In this document: piece by piece, positions 10,398-20,540 of the stretch
How the letters are laid out: every line of letters starts with the position of its first letter
Numbering within the stretch: position 1 is the stretch's first letter
Source of the DNA: a virus
Taxonomy: Duplodnaviria > Caudoviricetes
Virus record (IMG/VR): IMGVR_UViG_3300005512_000035
Span: 1 to 58,948 of that record
DNA length: 58,948 bases
Reading direction: 5' to 3' (one strand)
Translations under genes and position numbers: made by a program
The notes under the pieces: model-generated
What the model saw: the letters and a program-made list of their open reading frames with translations, nothing else
Database searches by the model: none
What the model was told of the DNA's origin: nothing

Positions 10398-11966
10398 ATG
10401 TCTTTCCAAGACTGGAAAACGTTCCGTGACCAAGTTAGCTCAGAAATCGGTAAGAACATGGCAGTGGGTAACAAGACTGCTGTGCGTCAACTTGCTATTC
10501 TTGCAAAAGAATTAGACAACATGGGTACGGCGTATGGTCGTACCAATGAGAAGTTTGAAGAGTTCCGTGCATGGTACGACACAAACGTGATCCTGCCTTA
10601 CGAGCGTAGTGGTGTAATTAAACTCACTGCAAAAGCTCCTGGAGGAACAGCAGACCGTCCTGAGTATTACCTACCTGACGAGCGTGTAGCGGCTACTTTC
10701 TTGGAAAACTCCAACACAGCGCGGCAGTGGATGACATTGTTTGGTGAAACACCTGCTCGCATGGATAACATCAAGGCAACGGTACTAGATCAAATCCGCA
10801 ACCAAGCCTTTGTTCGTAGTAAAGGTACATTTGACCCAACGAAGGTAGATCAGTACATTAACAAGAACCGTGATGTGTTGACGGAGCTTGGCTTAATTGA
10901 CGATATCACCAATACGCAAACACTTGTTGATGACCTGGTCGGGCGTCAAGCTGACCTCACCGCACGGCGTAGGGTGATTAGCAGTAACCTACTGTTTAAA
11001 GCGATTGGTCGCGCACAGAATACAGACAGCCCAGAAAAACTGTTGAACGAAGCACTCAACAGTCCTGCGCTAATGCGCGAACTGAAAACAGCAGTGGTCA
11101 AAGATACAGACCAACTGAGCGCAACCGAAGCAGGGGAAGCGTTCCGTGCCGCAGTCACACAGCGTTTGTTAGCCAAAGCACCAGATGCAATGGAGAATCC
11201 TGCCAAGTTCAAGCAGTGGCTTTCTGACAACGAACGTGTGCTTGACGCCGCATTTGATAAATCTCATGTTGATAACATGTATCTCATTGCAGACCTTGCT
11301 GAGCGTATCCTCGCAACAGGTATGCCGAAGGGTACAGGGGTACAACAAGAAAACCTGATTACTCGCATTACAAATAGTTTGGGTACTACTCCTGCGGGTG
11401 TATCCAACCGTTTTATTGCGGTACAAGAAGGACGTCTTGGTCCACGGGCGGCGATCGGTTATGTACTTAGCCGTAGTATCAGCGCACAATCAAGCGCACG
11501 ATCAGATGCCTTGTTCCGTGAAATGATGTTCGATCCTAATCTTGCAAAAGCATTGGCAACGGAAGCTCCTGAGTCAACAGCCCCATTGCAGATATCGCCT
11601 GCTCAAAAGCGGGTGATCAATACTTACTTGTTCAACTTAGGTATTGACTACGGTGAAGATATAACAGGTCCAGGAGCAGAAGAAACAGTCATATTGACCC
11701 CTAATGTTCCAGAAAACCCTGTTACAACTCAACCACCAACTCCGGCTCCCCCGCCGCCACTTCCGCCAAGAAGTTATACGCCTCTTGGCGTCCCGCAAGG
11801 TAGCCAACCCGCTCCCCCTGCGCCGACTGTAACACCAACAAGCACAAGTGGTGGAATCACATCGCTTGCTCCCGGACAGCAAAAGGCTTCCGCATCAGAG
11901 TTATTTCCTTTTGACCCGACTCTAGCGGCAATCGAGCGTAGAGGCGGGGCTAACCGAATGACATAA
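10398..11966 (+). CDS. Large internal virion protein, C-terminal part
   Basis: Frame open from 10365; weak RBS; Pro-rich tail ending LFPFDPTLAAIERR. Confidence 0.55.
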   Translation: MSFQDWKTFRDQVSSEIGKNMAVGNKTAVRQLAILAKELDNMGTAYGRTNEKFEEFRAWYDTNVILPYERSGVIKLTAKAPGGTADRPEYYLPDERVAATFLENSNTARQWMTLFGETPARMDNIKATVLDQIRNQAFVRSKGTFDPTKVDQYINKNRDVLTELGLIDDITNTQTLVDDLVGRQADLTARRRVISSNLLFKAIGRAQNTDSPEKLLNEALNSPALMRELKTAVVKDTDQLSATEAGEAFRAAVTQRLLAKAPDAMENPAKFKQWLSDNERVLDAAFDKSHVDNMYLIADLAERILATGMPKGTGVQQENLITRITNSLGTTPAGVSNRFIAVQEGRLGPRAAIGYVLSRSISAQSSARSDALFREMMFDPNLAKALATEAPESTAPLQISPAQKRVINTYLFNLGIDYGEDITGPGAEETVILTPNVPENPVTTQPPTPAPPPPLPPRSYTPLGVPQGSQPAPPAPTVTPTSTSGGITSLAPGQQKASASELFPFDPTLAAIERRGGANRMT

Positions 11967-11978
11967 CTGGAGGTTGTC

Positions 11979-12470
11979 ATGGATCCCATATCCGCGTTAG
12001 CGGCGGCGACCACGGCCTTCAATGTTATCAAGAAAGGCTTTGAGGTCGGTAGGGATCTAGAGTCAATGGCGGGTGACATTGGTCGTTGGATGAGTGCCGT
12101 CAATACTGTCAAAGATGCTGAGCAAGCCGCTCGTAACCCACCTTTGTTCAAGAAACTTGTGTTCGCTAAGTCTGCTGAAGAAGAAGCCATGCAAATGTTC
12201 ATGGCTAAAAAGAAAACAGAAGATATGCGTAAACAACTGCGAGAAGTGATTATCTACACCCGTGGCATGGATGCGTGGAATGATTTGATAAAAATGGAAG
12301 GAGATATCCGTAAACAACGCCAAGAAGCTGTGGATAACCAAGCAAAAGCTCGTAAAGACTTTTTTGAAAAGATTGCCATATCAATTCTAATAGTTTGTGG
12401 AGTAGGGTTAACGATTTGGTTCTTCTGGTTTATTTCGGTTGCTGTAGAAAACAAACAGGCAGGACTTTAA
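11979..12470 (+). CDS. Conserved phage membrane-anchored protein
   Basis: GGAGG RBS; MDPISALAAA...IKKG N-terminus; C-terminal transmembrane helix. Confidence 0.7.
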   Translation: MDPISALAAATTAFNVIKKGFEVGRDLESMAGDIGRWMSAVNTVKDAEQAARNPPLFKKLVFAKSAEEEAMQMFMAKKKTEDMRKQLREVIIYTRGMDAWNDLIKMEGDIRKQRQEAVDNQAKARKDFFEKIAISILIVCGVGLTIWFFWFISVAVENKQAGL

Positions 12471-13906
12471 ATAATCCAGTCTTTGTGGCCTTCCGCTAAC
12501 ACTTGGCTACTGATGTCAATTTTGTTGCGGAGGGCTACCAGTACCTTTTCGTCCACTGTGCCTTCTGCCACGATATCTATGTAAGTAACCTTATTGGTTT
12601 GACCAATGCGGTGTGCGCGGTCTTCTGACTGCAAGCGCACCTCTAAGTCGTAGCCGTTACTGTAGTAAATCACGGTGTGTGCTTCTGTCAGAGTTAGCCC
12701 GTATCCGCCTGTGCGGGGTTGCCCAACAAAGAACCGAACAGGGTTTTGTGGGTCTTGGAATCGCTCGACAATTAACTGTCGTTCTTCCCCTGGAGTCTCG
12801 CCGTAGAACATTTCCACTGTTTCTTCGCCGTACTCTTTTACCAGTTCGTCGCGGATTAGTTGTAAGTCATGGGTAAAGTTACCCCAGATGATAACCTTGC
12901 CATCGACTTCTTCAAGGGCTGACATCATCTCCTTCAGCTTGTTGCTTGGTACGGTGACCATTCGCCCGTCTTCCAACTTAGCAAAGCCAGAGCAGACCTG
13001 TTGCAAGCGCAATATCTGTGTAAGCACTGTAGGTGCGGATATCAAGCCTTCACCTTCTATGATTGCGAGGGCATTGCGGCGCATCTGCTCGTACAGCTTC
13101 TTCTGCTCAGGTGTAAGCTCTACACTACGCTTGGTGTACACCTTGTCTGGCAGATCCAAACAATCTTCCTTACGGACACGGAAACTAAACGGTTCGATGA
13201 TATCGTTTAGCTCAGTCAGGTTTTGGTAACCAACAATCTGATTGAAACTATGCGCTCCCATCGTGCGGCGAACCATCTTGGCATACCTGTTCTGGAACGT
13301 CCAAAAGCTCGACTGCTTGAGTATGTAGTTTTCTAAGAACTCACACTGAGTAAACAGGTCTAGTGGGCTTTTAGTAACAGGTGAGCCTGTAAGTATCCTA
13401 CGGTACGGTGCTTTTTTGCCTAACTTGATAAGGTTCTTAGTCCGTTGTGCTGTACGGCTTTTAATCGTAGTGCTTTCGTCTACTGCAAGCATTGCACGGT
13501 GCGTGAACAAGAACTTATCTGCAAACTCTAGACCACGTTTCGTGGACAGAGCTTCTACATTCATGAGGAATATCTGCAAATCATCTGTTACTTGGCGCAG
13601 GGTATCAAGCTCTTTTTTCTTTTTCTGAGTTTGCTCTGGTGACCATGTAACGATGTTCGCAGTAATATGATCTGGCAGGTGTGTCGGTAGTTCTTTGCGT
13701 TCCCAGTTACGGTACACGCCTTTTGGCGCGATAATGAGCGCACTATCGATTTCACCTTTGTCATACAGCATGGCAATGGTGTCTATCAGAACCTTAGACT
13801 TGCCTGTACCCATATCCATGAACAGCGCAAAGTAGGGTTTATCCCATGATTTTTCTAGTGCCTTGAGCTGATGCTCGTAGGGCTTGAACTTAAATTTGTA
13901 TCGCAT
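12467..13906 (-). CDS. SNF2-family (SF2) helicase
   Basis: DMGTGKS Walker A, VDES Walker B, LTGSP motif III, GYGLTL and QSEDRAHRIGQ motif VI. Confidence 0.95.
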   Translation of the reverse strand: MRYKFKFKPYEHQLKALEKSWDKPYFALFMDMGTGKSKVLIDTIAMLYDKGEIDSALIIAPKGVYRNWERKELPTHLPDHITANIVTWSPEQTQKKKKELDTLRQVTDDLQIFLMNVEALSTKRGLEFADKFLFTHRAMLAVDESTTIKSRTAQRTKNLIKLGKKAPYRRILTGSPVTKSPLDLFTQCEFLENYILKQSSFWTFQNRYAKMVRRTMGAHSFNQIVGYQNLTELNDIIEPFSFRVRKEDCLDLPDKVYTKRSVELTPEQKKLYEQMRRNALAIIEGEGLISAPTVLTQILRLQQVCSGFAKLEDGRMVTVPSNKLKEMMSALEEVDGKVIIWGNFTHDLQLIRDELVKEYGEETVEMFYGETPGEERQLIVERFQDPQNPVRFFVGQPRTGGYGLTLTEAHTVIYYSNGYDLEVRLQSEDRAHRIGQTNKVTYIDIVAEGTVDEKVLVALRNKIDISSQVLAEGHKDWII

Positions 13907-14229
13907 GACAGCCTCTTTCTATTGGCGTTACTGTATTCTAATGTGGCACAACAGTTACGACAACAAAGAATTTATCGGGCTACTTTGCTATATAGGGGTA
14001 AAATAACAACAAGAGAAAAAAGTATTTTTAACTTTCTCCGATATACGATATACAATATCTCGTAACTTTCGGGGTCCGCGCGACCGTATTTGACAAAAAT
14101 TAACTTATCGTGCGTTTTGTTTTTTGGCCTAATAAGCAAAGTAGCTAGTGGCAAATGTCGCTGAGCAAACAAGACTTAGCATATTTCCAATATATGCTAT
14201 AAATGAACGTACAACATGTGGAGAAAGGC

Positions 14230-14559
14230 ATGACCGTATACATAACACAAGAGATGCGTGGGCGTGACATCACTGATGCCACTGCTTTCGGCGATGTCGA
14301 AATACTTATCCCCGCAGGTGAGCAGACTAGCTATTCAACCCAACCTACTATTAGGCGTATGGGGCGGAAGCTCAGTAAGTTCACTGACGATGATTACCTG
14401 TTACTTGCAGGTGATCCTGCAACCATTGCTCTGGCGGCGGCGTTAGCCGCACGGCACAACAGTGGCAGATTCAAGATGTTGAAGTGGGATAGGCAAGAGG
14501 AAAAATACTTCCCATTGCAAGCTGATCTTAACTACCGTCCAGGAGGAAATGATGGTTGA
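14230..14559 (+). CDS. Conserved phage hypothetical protein
   Basis: AGAAAGG RBS; DDYLLLAGDP...LKWDRQ motif. Confidence 0.7.
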   Translation: MTVYITQEMRGRDITDATAFGDVEILIPAGEQTSYSTQPTIRRMGRKLSKFTDDDYLLLAGDPATIALAAALAARHNSGRFKMLKWDRQEEKYFPLQADLNYRPGGNDG

Positions 14560-15109
14560 TTTTGAAAGTGCGGCGCAAGAACTAAGCACCGTTGATGAAT
14601 CTGGTCTTAGCCAAGTAAGTAAACTGGCACAGATTCAGCTCTCGCTAGAACAGCGGGTAGCAGACCTAGAAGAACAGCTCAAACAAGCCAAACGTGATCT
14701 GAAGGAGATAGCTGAAGATCAACTGCCTGCGGCTATGGCTGAGCATAACATCACCGAGCTAAAGCTAGAAGATGGTAGTAGCATCGGTGTTAGTAAGTTC
14801 TATAGTGCTTCAATACCGAAAGATCGGTCAGACGAAGCATTTAGATGGCTTGTAGATAACGACCACGGCGATCTGATCAAGAACCAAGTTGCTACAAACT
14901 TTGTTCGTGGGCAGGAAAAAGTGGCCGATGAATTTGCAAGCGAACTCGCTGAACGCGGAATGGCTGTGAACACTAAAAAGTGGGTAGAGCCAATGACGTT
15001 AAAGGCGTGGGCAAAAGACCAAACTGAACAGGGTAAAGCCATTCCTGCAGATTTGTTTGGGTTATTTATTGGCGAGAAAGCCAAGATCACAAAACCGAGA
15101 AAGGGGTAA
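14552..15109 (+). CDS. Conserved replication-module protein
   Basis: AGGAGG RBS; coiled-coil N-terminus; AFRWL...GDLIKN...VEPMTLKAW motif. Confidence 0.7.
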   Translation: MVDFESAAQELSTVDESGLSQVSKLAQIQLSLEQRVADLEEQLKQAKRDLKEIAEDQLPAAMAEHNITELKLEDGSSIGVSKFYSASIPKDRSDEAFRWLVDNDHGDLIKNQVATNFVRGQEKVADEFASELAERGMAVNTKKWVEPMTLKAWAKDQTEQGKAIPADLFGLFIGEKAKITKPRKG

Positions 15110-15112
15110 ATC

Positions 15113-15931
15113 ATGGCACAAGCAAAAGAAGTCGCTGTAAAAGAGAATACAGCAATCGCTATCCACCAAGGCTTTGAAGAAATTGGTGGTCTGGGGTTTG
15201 GTGAGGTCACACAAGAAGACCTAGCAATCCCATTTCTGCGAGTACTGGCACAGCTCAGTCCGCAAGTTAATAAGCGCGATGCCGCTTATGTAAATGGTGC
15301 AGAGGCAGGTATGATTTTTAATACCGTGCTGAACGAAGCCTACGACGGTGAGGAAGGTATCTTGGTTGTACCTTGCTACTACAATCGCCGCTTTGTAGAG
15401 TGGACGCCACGGGAAAAGGGCGGCGGCTATGTACAGTCGTACGACCCTACCGATCCAATCGTAGGCACAACTACCCGTAACGATATGGGACAAGATGTGT
15501 TGGCGAATGGCAACTATCTAGCAAACACTGCACAGTTTTTCGTGCTGATGCTTCACCCAACAATGGGAGCGCAACGCGCTCTGATTACCATGACTTCCAC
15601 TCAGCTTAAGAAAGCGCGTAAGTGGTTGACCCAAGCACAGTCGCTGACTGCCAAGGGCAAGAACGGTGTATATACATTGCCGTTGATGTCACAGGTGTAT
15701 CGTCTTTCTACCGTACAGGAGCAGAACGACAAAGGTACATGGTATGGTTGGGAAGTATCGCGTGAGCGTAGCCTAGACCTAGATAACGAAGATGATGTAA
15801 ACGTCTTCGAGATGGGTATCGGGTTTGCCAAGTCTGTTAAGGCAGGTGAGGTCGAGGTCAAGGAAGATAAGTCCGCCTCGTCCAACTTCGACGAAAACAC
15901 TGGCGAGGTCTTTGAAGACTCCGTCATGTAA
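15113..15931 (+). CDS. Putative single-stranded DNA-binding protein
   Basis: DLAIPFL...LSPQV, GTWYGW, acidic C-terminal tail; directly upstream of the primase. Confidence 0.55.
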   Translation: MAQAKEVAVKENTAIAIHQGFEEIGGLGFGEVTQEDLAIPFLRVLAQLSPQVNKRDAAYVNGAEAGMIFNTVLNEAYDGEEGILVVPCYYNRRFVEWTPREKGGGYVQSYDPTDPIVGTTTRNDMGQDVLANGNYLANTAQFFVLMLHPTMGAQRALITMTSTQLKKARKWLTQAQSLTAKGKNGVYTLPLMSQVYRLSTVQEQNDKGTWYGWEVSRERSLDLDNEDDVNVFEMGIGFAKSVKAGEVEVKEDKSASSNFDENTGEVFEDSVM

Positions 15932-15967
15932 CCAGACAGTGGAGGGGGTTGATCGCCCCACTACTGC

Positions 15968-16005
15968 GGGACGGTGTACTGCACCCTATTGTAGTACACC
16001 GTTCC
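15968..16005 (+). promoter_or_regulatory. 16-bp stem-loop upstream of the primase RBS
   Basis: GGGACGGTGTACTGCA-ccctat-TGTAGTACACCGTTCC, with two G-U pairs. Confidence 0.6.
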
Positions 16006-16027
16006 ACCCTTTTCGTTGGAGGAAAAT

Positions 16028-17551
16028 ATGTCACTCGCACAAAGTTTCTATGACTTGTTCAAGGGTAGCGACATCGCCCATGGAACATTTGTCGTTAAAG
16101 GAAGTCGCCAGAGTGATGGGAAAAAGCAAGGAACTGCAAAGGTTATTCGTGAGCCAACCACGGTTGCGATGTGGGAAGAACACATCAAAGGTGGTACAGG
16201 TCTTGGGATTATTCCCATTAAAAGCGACAACACATGTCAATGGGGTGCTATTGACATTGATGAATATGATGTCAACCACAAAGAGTTAGTTAAAACTCTG
16301 CGCGGTAACAAAATCCCTGCCGTGGTCGGCAGGACTAAAAGCGGCGGCGCACATGTATGGATGTTCCTAAGTGAGCCAATCGAAGCTGAAGAAATGCAAC
16401 GCAGAATGACAGAGCTGAGTGCCGCACTTGGGTACTCTGGAAGTGAGATCTTCCCCAAACAAACAACCATTTTGCTAGACCGTGGTGATACAGGTAACTT
16501 CCTGAATATGCCGTATCACGGCGGTGACAAGTCTACCCGCTATGCTTACGATGATCACGGGGAGGCTTTGGAACTAGAGTTGTTTATCCCATACGCAACA
16601 CAGTATGTGACTACTCCTGCCAAGTTTCGTAAACTCAACATGTCTTTTGGTACAAAGGAAGGCGTACTAGAAGAGGGACCACCGTGCTTACAGCATCTTT
16701 GTAGTAAAGGTTTTGGCGAGGGTTCGCGTAACAATGCTCTGTTCAACCTTGGTGTGTATGCAAGACTGTATGATGCTGATAACTGGGAAGTTTTAGTCCA
16801 ACGCTACAACATGGATTACTTACACCCACCACTCAGCCACAATGAAGTCGGCATGGTGATCCGCCAACTTAAGAAGAAAGACTACTTCTACAAGTGTGAA
16901 GACCAACCCATCAAGCCGTTCTGCGACAAAGATGTGTGCAAGCTCCGCAAGTATGGGGTCGGACCAAGTGGTGTTGGTAGCGATATGTCTAGCCTTACCA
17001 AGATCGATGGTGATCCACCGATTTGGATACTGAACGTAGATGGTGAACGGTTGGAGTTAAGTACAAACGGTTTGACTAGCCAAGCTCAGTTCCAAAAGGA
17101 ATGTGTGGGGCAGATAAACAAGTATCCTGTTACGGTCAACCAACGGACATGGCAGACGCGTATCCAAACGCTGTTGGATAACCTAACCGTTGTAGAAGTA
17201 CCACCCGATGCTACACTCAAGGGTGAGTTTGAAGACTTACTGCATGCGTTCTGCTGTGAAAGAGCCAAGGGCGAAGAGCGTGAGGACATCTTGCAAGGCG
17301 TAGCGGTATGGGCTGAGGGTAATGTTTACTTCCAAGTCAAAGACATTAAAAAGCACTTGTCGGTAAACGATTTCAACCACTACACTTCGAACAAGATCAC
17401 GCTAAGACTGCAAGACTTACAAGCAGAAAAAATGTTCTGGCGTGTACGAGGAAAGGGTGTCCATGTCTGGTACTTACCGCAAGAGTACTTCCAAACGGAT
17501 GAGTCTGAGATTCCGTTGCCAAACCTCCCCGCAGGTGAGGGTATTATCTAA
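16028..17551 (+). CDS. AEP-superfamily primase with PriCT-like domain
   Basis: GAIDID (DxD), RTKSGGAH (motif II), GNFLNMPY, PPCL...GEGSRNNALF; GGAGG RBS before ATG 16028. Confidence 0.85.
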   Translation: MSLAQSFYDLFKGSDIAHGTFVVKGSRQSDGKKQGTAKVIREPTTVAMWEEHIKGGTGLGIIPIKSDNTCQWGAIDIDEYDVNHKELVKTLRGNKIPAVVGRTKSGGAHVWMFLSEPIEAEEMQRRMTELSAALGYSGSEIFPKQTTILLDRGDTGNFLNMPYHGGDKSTRYAYDDHGEALELELFIPYATQYVTTPAKFRKLNMSFGTKEGVLEEGPPCLQHLCSKGFGEGSRNNALFNLGVYARLYDADNWEVLVQRYNMDYLHPPLSHNEVGMVIRQLKKKDYFYKCEDQPIKPFCDKDVCKLRKYGVGPSGVGSDMSSLTKIDGDPPIWILNVDGERLELSTNGLTSQAQFQKECVGQINKYPVTVNQRTWQTRIQTLLDNLTVVEVPPDATLKGEFEDLLHAFCCERAKGEEREDILQGVAVWAEGNVYFQVKDIKKHLSVNDFNHYTSNKITLRLQDLQAEKMFWRVRGKGVHVWYLPQEYFQTDESEIPLPNLPAGEGII

Positions 17552-19068
17552 TGCACATCGTTCTTGGTCCTCCAGGAACGGGTAAAACAACGAGGCTACT
17601 TGGCCTCGTTGAACAATACCTTCAGTCGGGCGTAGCACCTGATCGCATTGGATATTTTGCCTTCACCCGTAGGGCGGCAGACGAAGCCATTACTCGCGCC
17701 TGCCAGAAGTTTAACCTCACCAAAAAAGACCTACCATTCTTTAGAACACTGCACAGCCTAGCGTTTATGCAGACGGGCTTGTCACATTCACAGGTGATGA
17801 CAGGGGATAAGTACCAAGAAGTTGCCGACTGGCTGAAGATTGGCAAGTTCTACAGTGGCGGACCGATTGACCAAGGACCATACAAGGACTTTGGTTATGG
17901 CGATAAGTTCCTTGAAATAATAAACATGTCCCGTATTCTGCGCCAACCGTTGCGTAAGGTGTACAACGACAGCATCGTCCCATTGCGTACCGACTGGGCG
18001 CGTGTGGAATATGTAGCCCGAGGCTTAGAACACTGGAAAAAGAGTTTTGGTTTGCAGGATTATGCAGGCATGCTCGAGGAATTTATTGCCCGAGGTTTGT
18101 GTCCTAAGCTAGAGGTGGTGTTCATTGACGAAGCACAGGACTTATCTCCCATTCAATGGGAAATGGTTCACATGCTAGAAGCTAACTCGCAGATCTGTTA
18201 CATAGCCGGAGATGATGATCAGGCTATCTTCCGCTACGCGGGCGCAGACGTGAGCTATTTTGTAAACTTGGGTGGTGAAGTCACTTTGCTCGATCAGAGC
18301 TACCGCATTCCCGCCTTGCACCATACACTCAGCAATAAAGTAATTCAGCGCGTGGTTGGTCGAAGGAGGAAGACCTTCTTGCCAAAGGATAGTAACGGCA
18401 ATGTGTTCTGGCATCGGCACTCCGAAGAGGTAGACCTCACTGATGGTGAATGGTTGTTACTTAGTCGTACTACCCGAGGCGCACAGCAGATTGAGGAAGA
18501 AGTACGCCGCCGAGGACATTTGTACATTTACAATGGCTCAAAAAGCATTGATAGTAAAGTCCTCGAGGCAGTCAGGTTGTGGGAGCATGTGCGTGACGGT
18601 AACCGTTTGACTGCCGATCAAGTGAGGTTGGTTTACAAGCACATGCTCCTCAACTCGCAAATCGCTTACGGTTACAAAACAATGCCTGATGGTCAGGACG
18701 GTGTGTTTTACTCCCTGGATGATCTACAGCGCGACCACGGGCTTTTACACTCCCAGTCTTGGGAAGTAGGGCTAGGCAAGATTAGCGAAAGAGACCGCAC
18801 TTACATAAAGGCTTGCTTAAGAAAAGGCGAGAGCTTAACCGAAACACCACGCATACGGATATCCACTATTCATTCAGCCAAAGGCGCACAGGCCGACAAC
18901 GTCATGCTGTTGACTGATACCATGCGCCGCCCATATAGTATGTGGCGTAAACTTGATTCCCATGATGATGACGAAGCCCGCGTGTTCTATGTAGGACTGA
19001 CCCGTGCCAAGGAAAACTTGCATCTAGTTCACCCAATGTTTAGTCAGGGGTATGCGCTACCATACTGA
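17551..19068 (+). CDS. UvrD/Rep-like SF1 helicase
   Basis: GPPGTGKT, IDEAQD, GDDDQAIF, QSYR, STIHSAKG, YVGLTRA. Confidence 0.95.
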   Translation: MHIVLGPPGTGKTTRLLGLVEQYLQSGVAPDRIGYFAFTRRAADEAITRACQKFNLTKKDLPFFRTLHSLAFMQTGLSHSQVMTGDKYQEVADWLKIGKFYSGGPIDQGPYKDFGYGDKFLEIINMSRILRQPLRKVYNDSIVPLRTDWARVEYVARGLEHWKKSFGLQDYAGMLEEFIARGLCPKLEVVFIDEAQDLSPIQWEMVHMLEANSQICYIAGDDDQAIFRYAGADVSYFVNLGGEVTLLDQSYRIPALHHTLSNKVIQRVVGRRRKTFLPKDSNGNVFWHRHSEEVDLTDGEWLLLSRTTRGAQQIEEEVRRRGHLYIYNGSKSIDSKVLEAVRLWEHVRDGNRLTADQVRLVYKHMLLNSQIAYGYKTMPDGQDGVFYSLDDLQRDHGLLHSQSWEVGLGKISERDRTYIKACLRKGESLTETPRIRISTIHSAKGAQADNVMLLTDTMRRPYSMWRKLDSHDDDEARVFYVGLTRAKENLHLVHPMFSQGYALPY

Positions 19069-19108
19069 ACAAATAAGACTTATCAATGCAAACATCTTGC
19101 GCCATACT
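19067..19108 (+). promoter_or_regulatory. Phage promoter class GAACAAATAAGACTTATCA-N17-CATACT
   Basis: Exact 19-bp motif also at 28600 and 30187; -10-like hexamer 17 bp downstream. Confidence 0.75.
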
Positions 19109-19145
19109 ACAGGGGCAATAAGGCAAACACAGAAAGGAGTAGCCT

Positions 19146-19412
19146 ATGACAACAGTGAAGTATTTCGATAAGCGTTCTCTGCGAACTGCCAACAACGATG
19201 CGATCCACTACGGCTTCAACCGTAGCATTCGCGAAGATGTTATTGAACAGCTCGACGATGAAACGCTTTTCCCTGTGGTATTTACAATGCCACACAACGA
19301 CGGTGCAGAGATGCGGCTTAAACTGTTACTCTCACCAACCAAAGAAGCATGGCTCGATGTGATCCCCGAGGGTTATGAAAGCCTGCCTCATGTAGCTATC
19401 CCTAGCCACTAA
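19146..19412 (+). CDS. Hypothetical protein
   Basis: AGAAAGGAG RBS, downstream of the promoter motif. Confidence 0.7.
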   Translation: MTTVKYFDKRSLRTANNDAIHYGFNRSIREDVIEQLDDETLFPVVFTMPHNDGAEMRLKLLLSPTKEAWLDVIPEGYESLPHVAIPSH

Positions 19413-19432
19413 CTCGTAGAAAGGAGAGAACA

Positions 19433-20461
19433 ATGGCACATTTAGTTGAAACAATGGCGTATGCGGGGGAGACCCCTTGGCACGGACTAGGCACACAGGT
19501 TGACCACACTATGTCACCTGAAGAAATGCTGAAGGCCGCACAGATTGACTGGACAGTTAGTAAGCGTCCTGCTTACACAACGGACAGCCCAGACATCTGG
19601 AACTTGAACGACCCTACCAGTGAAGCAAACTTCCTGCGAGCACCAGACAACTACTTCTTGGTGCGGGACAGCGATAACAAAGTGCTGTCGCCCTGCGGTG
19701 AAAGTTATGTACCGTTCCAAAACTCTGAAGTGATGAACTTCTTCAAGAAGTTTACCGATGCAGGCCACATGACTATGGAAACAGCAGGTAGCCTGAAAGA
19801 TGGTAAGGACATCTGGGGGTTAGCCAAGCTGACCGACCAGTTCCGCCTAGCAGGTGACGACGAGGTGAAGGGTTACCTACTCCTGAACAATAGTCACCAA
19901 GTGGGTAAGGCAATGACCATTATGTTCACGCCTATCCGTGTGGTTTGTAACAACACACTCACGATGGCACTGAACACGCAAGGTCAACGCTTCCGCGTCT
20001 TACACCTACAAATGTTCGACGAGGAGATCCAACGGGCGGCTGAGGAAGCCTTGGGCTTGAGTGGCATGCAAATGAAACAGTTCCAAGAGCAGTCCGAGTT
20101 CTTGTCTAGCAAGAAAGCTAAGAAGTTCGATCTTGACAACTTCATTGCCGAGCTGTTCCAACCGAACCTGCTCATTGAGCGAGCCAAAGCACCTAACCCA
20201 GACGAGCTACCGCCTCTGCACGAGGAGTTCAAGCGCACAGCGGAACTTGTAAAAGAGGCTGTGGAAACCAGTCCTGGAGCTAACATGTCTTCCGCCAAGG
20301 GGACATGGTGGGGTGCGCTCAACGCTGTGACCTATGTGGTGGATCACCAGAAAAAGTCGCAGGCTGAGGGTAACGCTTTGCACTCTGCTTGGTTTGGCTC
20401 CGGCGCGAACACCAAGCGTAAGGCACTGACCAAGGCTATTGAGTATGCCGAAGTCGCATAA
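19433..20461 (+). CDS. DUF932-family (TIGR03299-like) phage/plasmid protein
   Basis: MAH.VETMAY...PWHGLG, FQN, ETAGSL..GK, TPIRVVCNNTL, GTWWGALNAVT.YVDH. Confidence 0.85.
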   Translation: MAHLVETMAYAGETPWHGLGTQVDHTMSPEEMLKAAQIDWTVSKRPAYTTDSPDIWNLNDPTSEANFLRAPDNYFLVRDSDNKVLSPCGESYVPFQNSEVMNFFKKFTDAGHMTMETAGSLKDGKDIWGLAKLTDQFRLAGDDEVKGYLLLNNSHQVGKAMTIMFTPIRVVCNNTLTMALNTQGQRFRVLHLQMFDEEIQRAAEEALGLSGMQMKQFQEQSEFLSSKKAKKFDLDNFIAELFQPNLLIERAKAPNPDELPPLHEEFKRTAELVKEAVETSPGANMSSAKGTWWGALNAVTYVVDHQKKSQAEGNALHSAWFGSGANTKRKALTKAIEYAEVA

Positions 20462-20482
20462 TTGACAAAGTAGTTCTTGTCG

Positions 20483-20520
20483 CGGTAGTGTTCATAAAGT
20501 AAAATGAACACTACCGTTTT
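20483..20520 (+). terminator. 13-bp inverted repeat plus T-run (terminator or operator)
   Basis: CGGTAGTGTTCAT-aaagtaaa-ATGAACACTACCG-TTTT; TTGACA at 20462. Confidence 0.55.
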
Positions 20521-20540
20521 CCATAGAAAGGGAGATAAAA

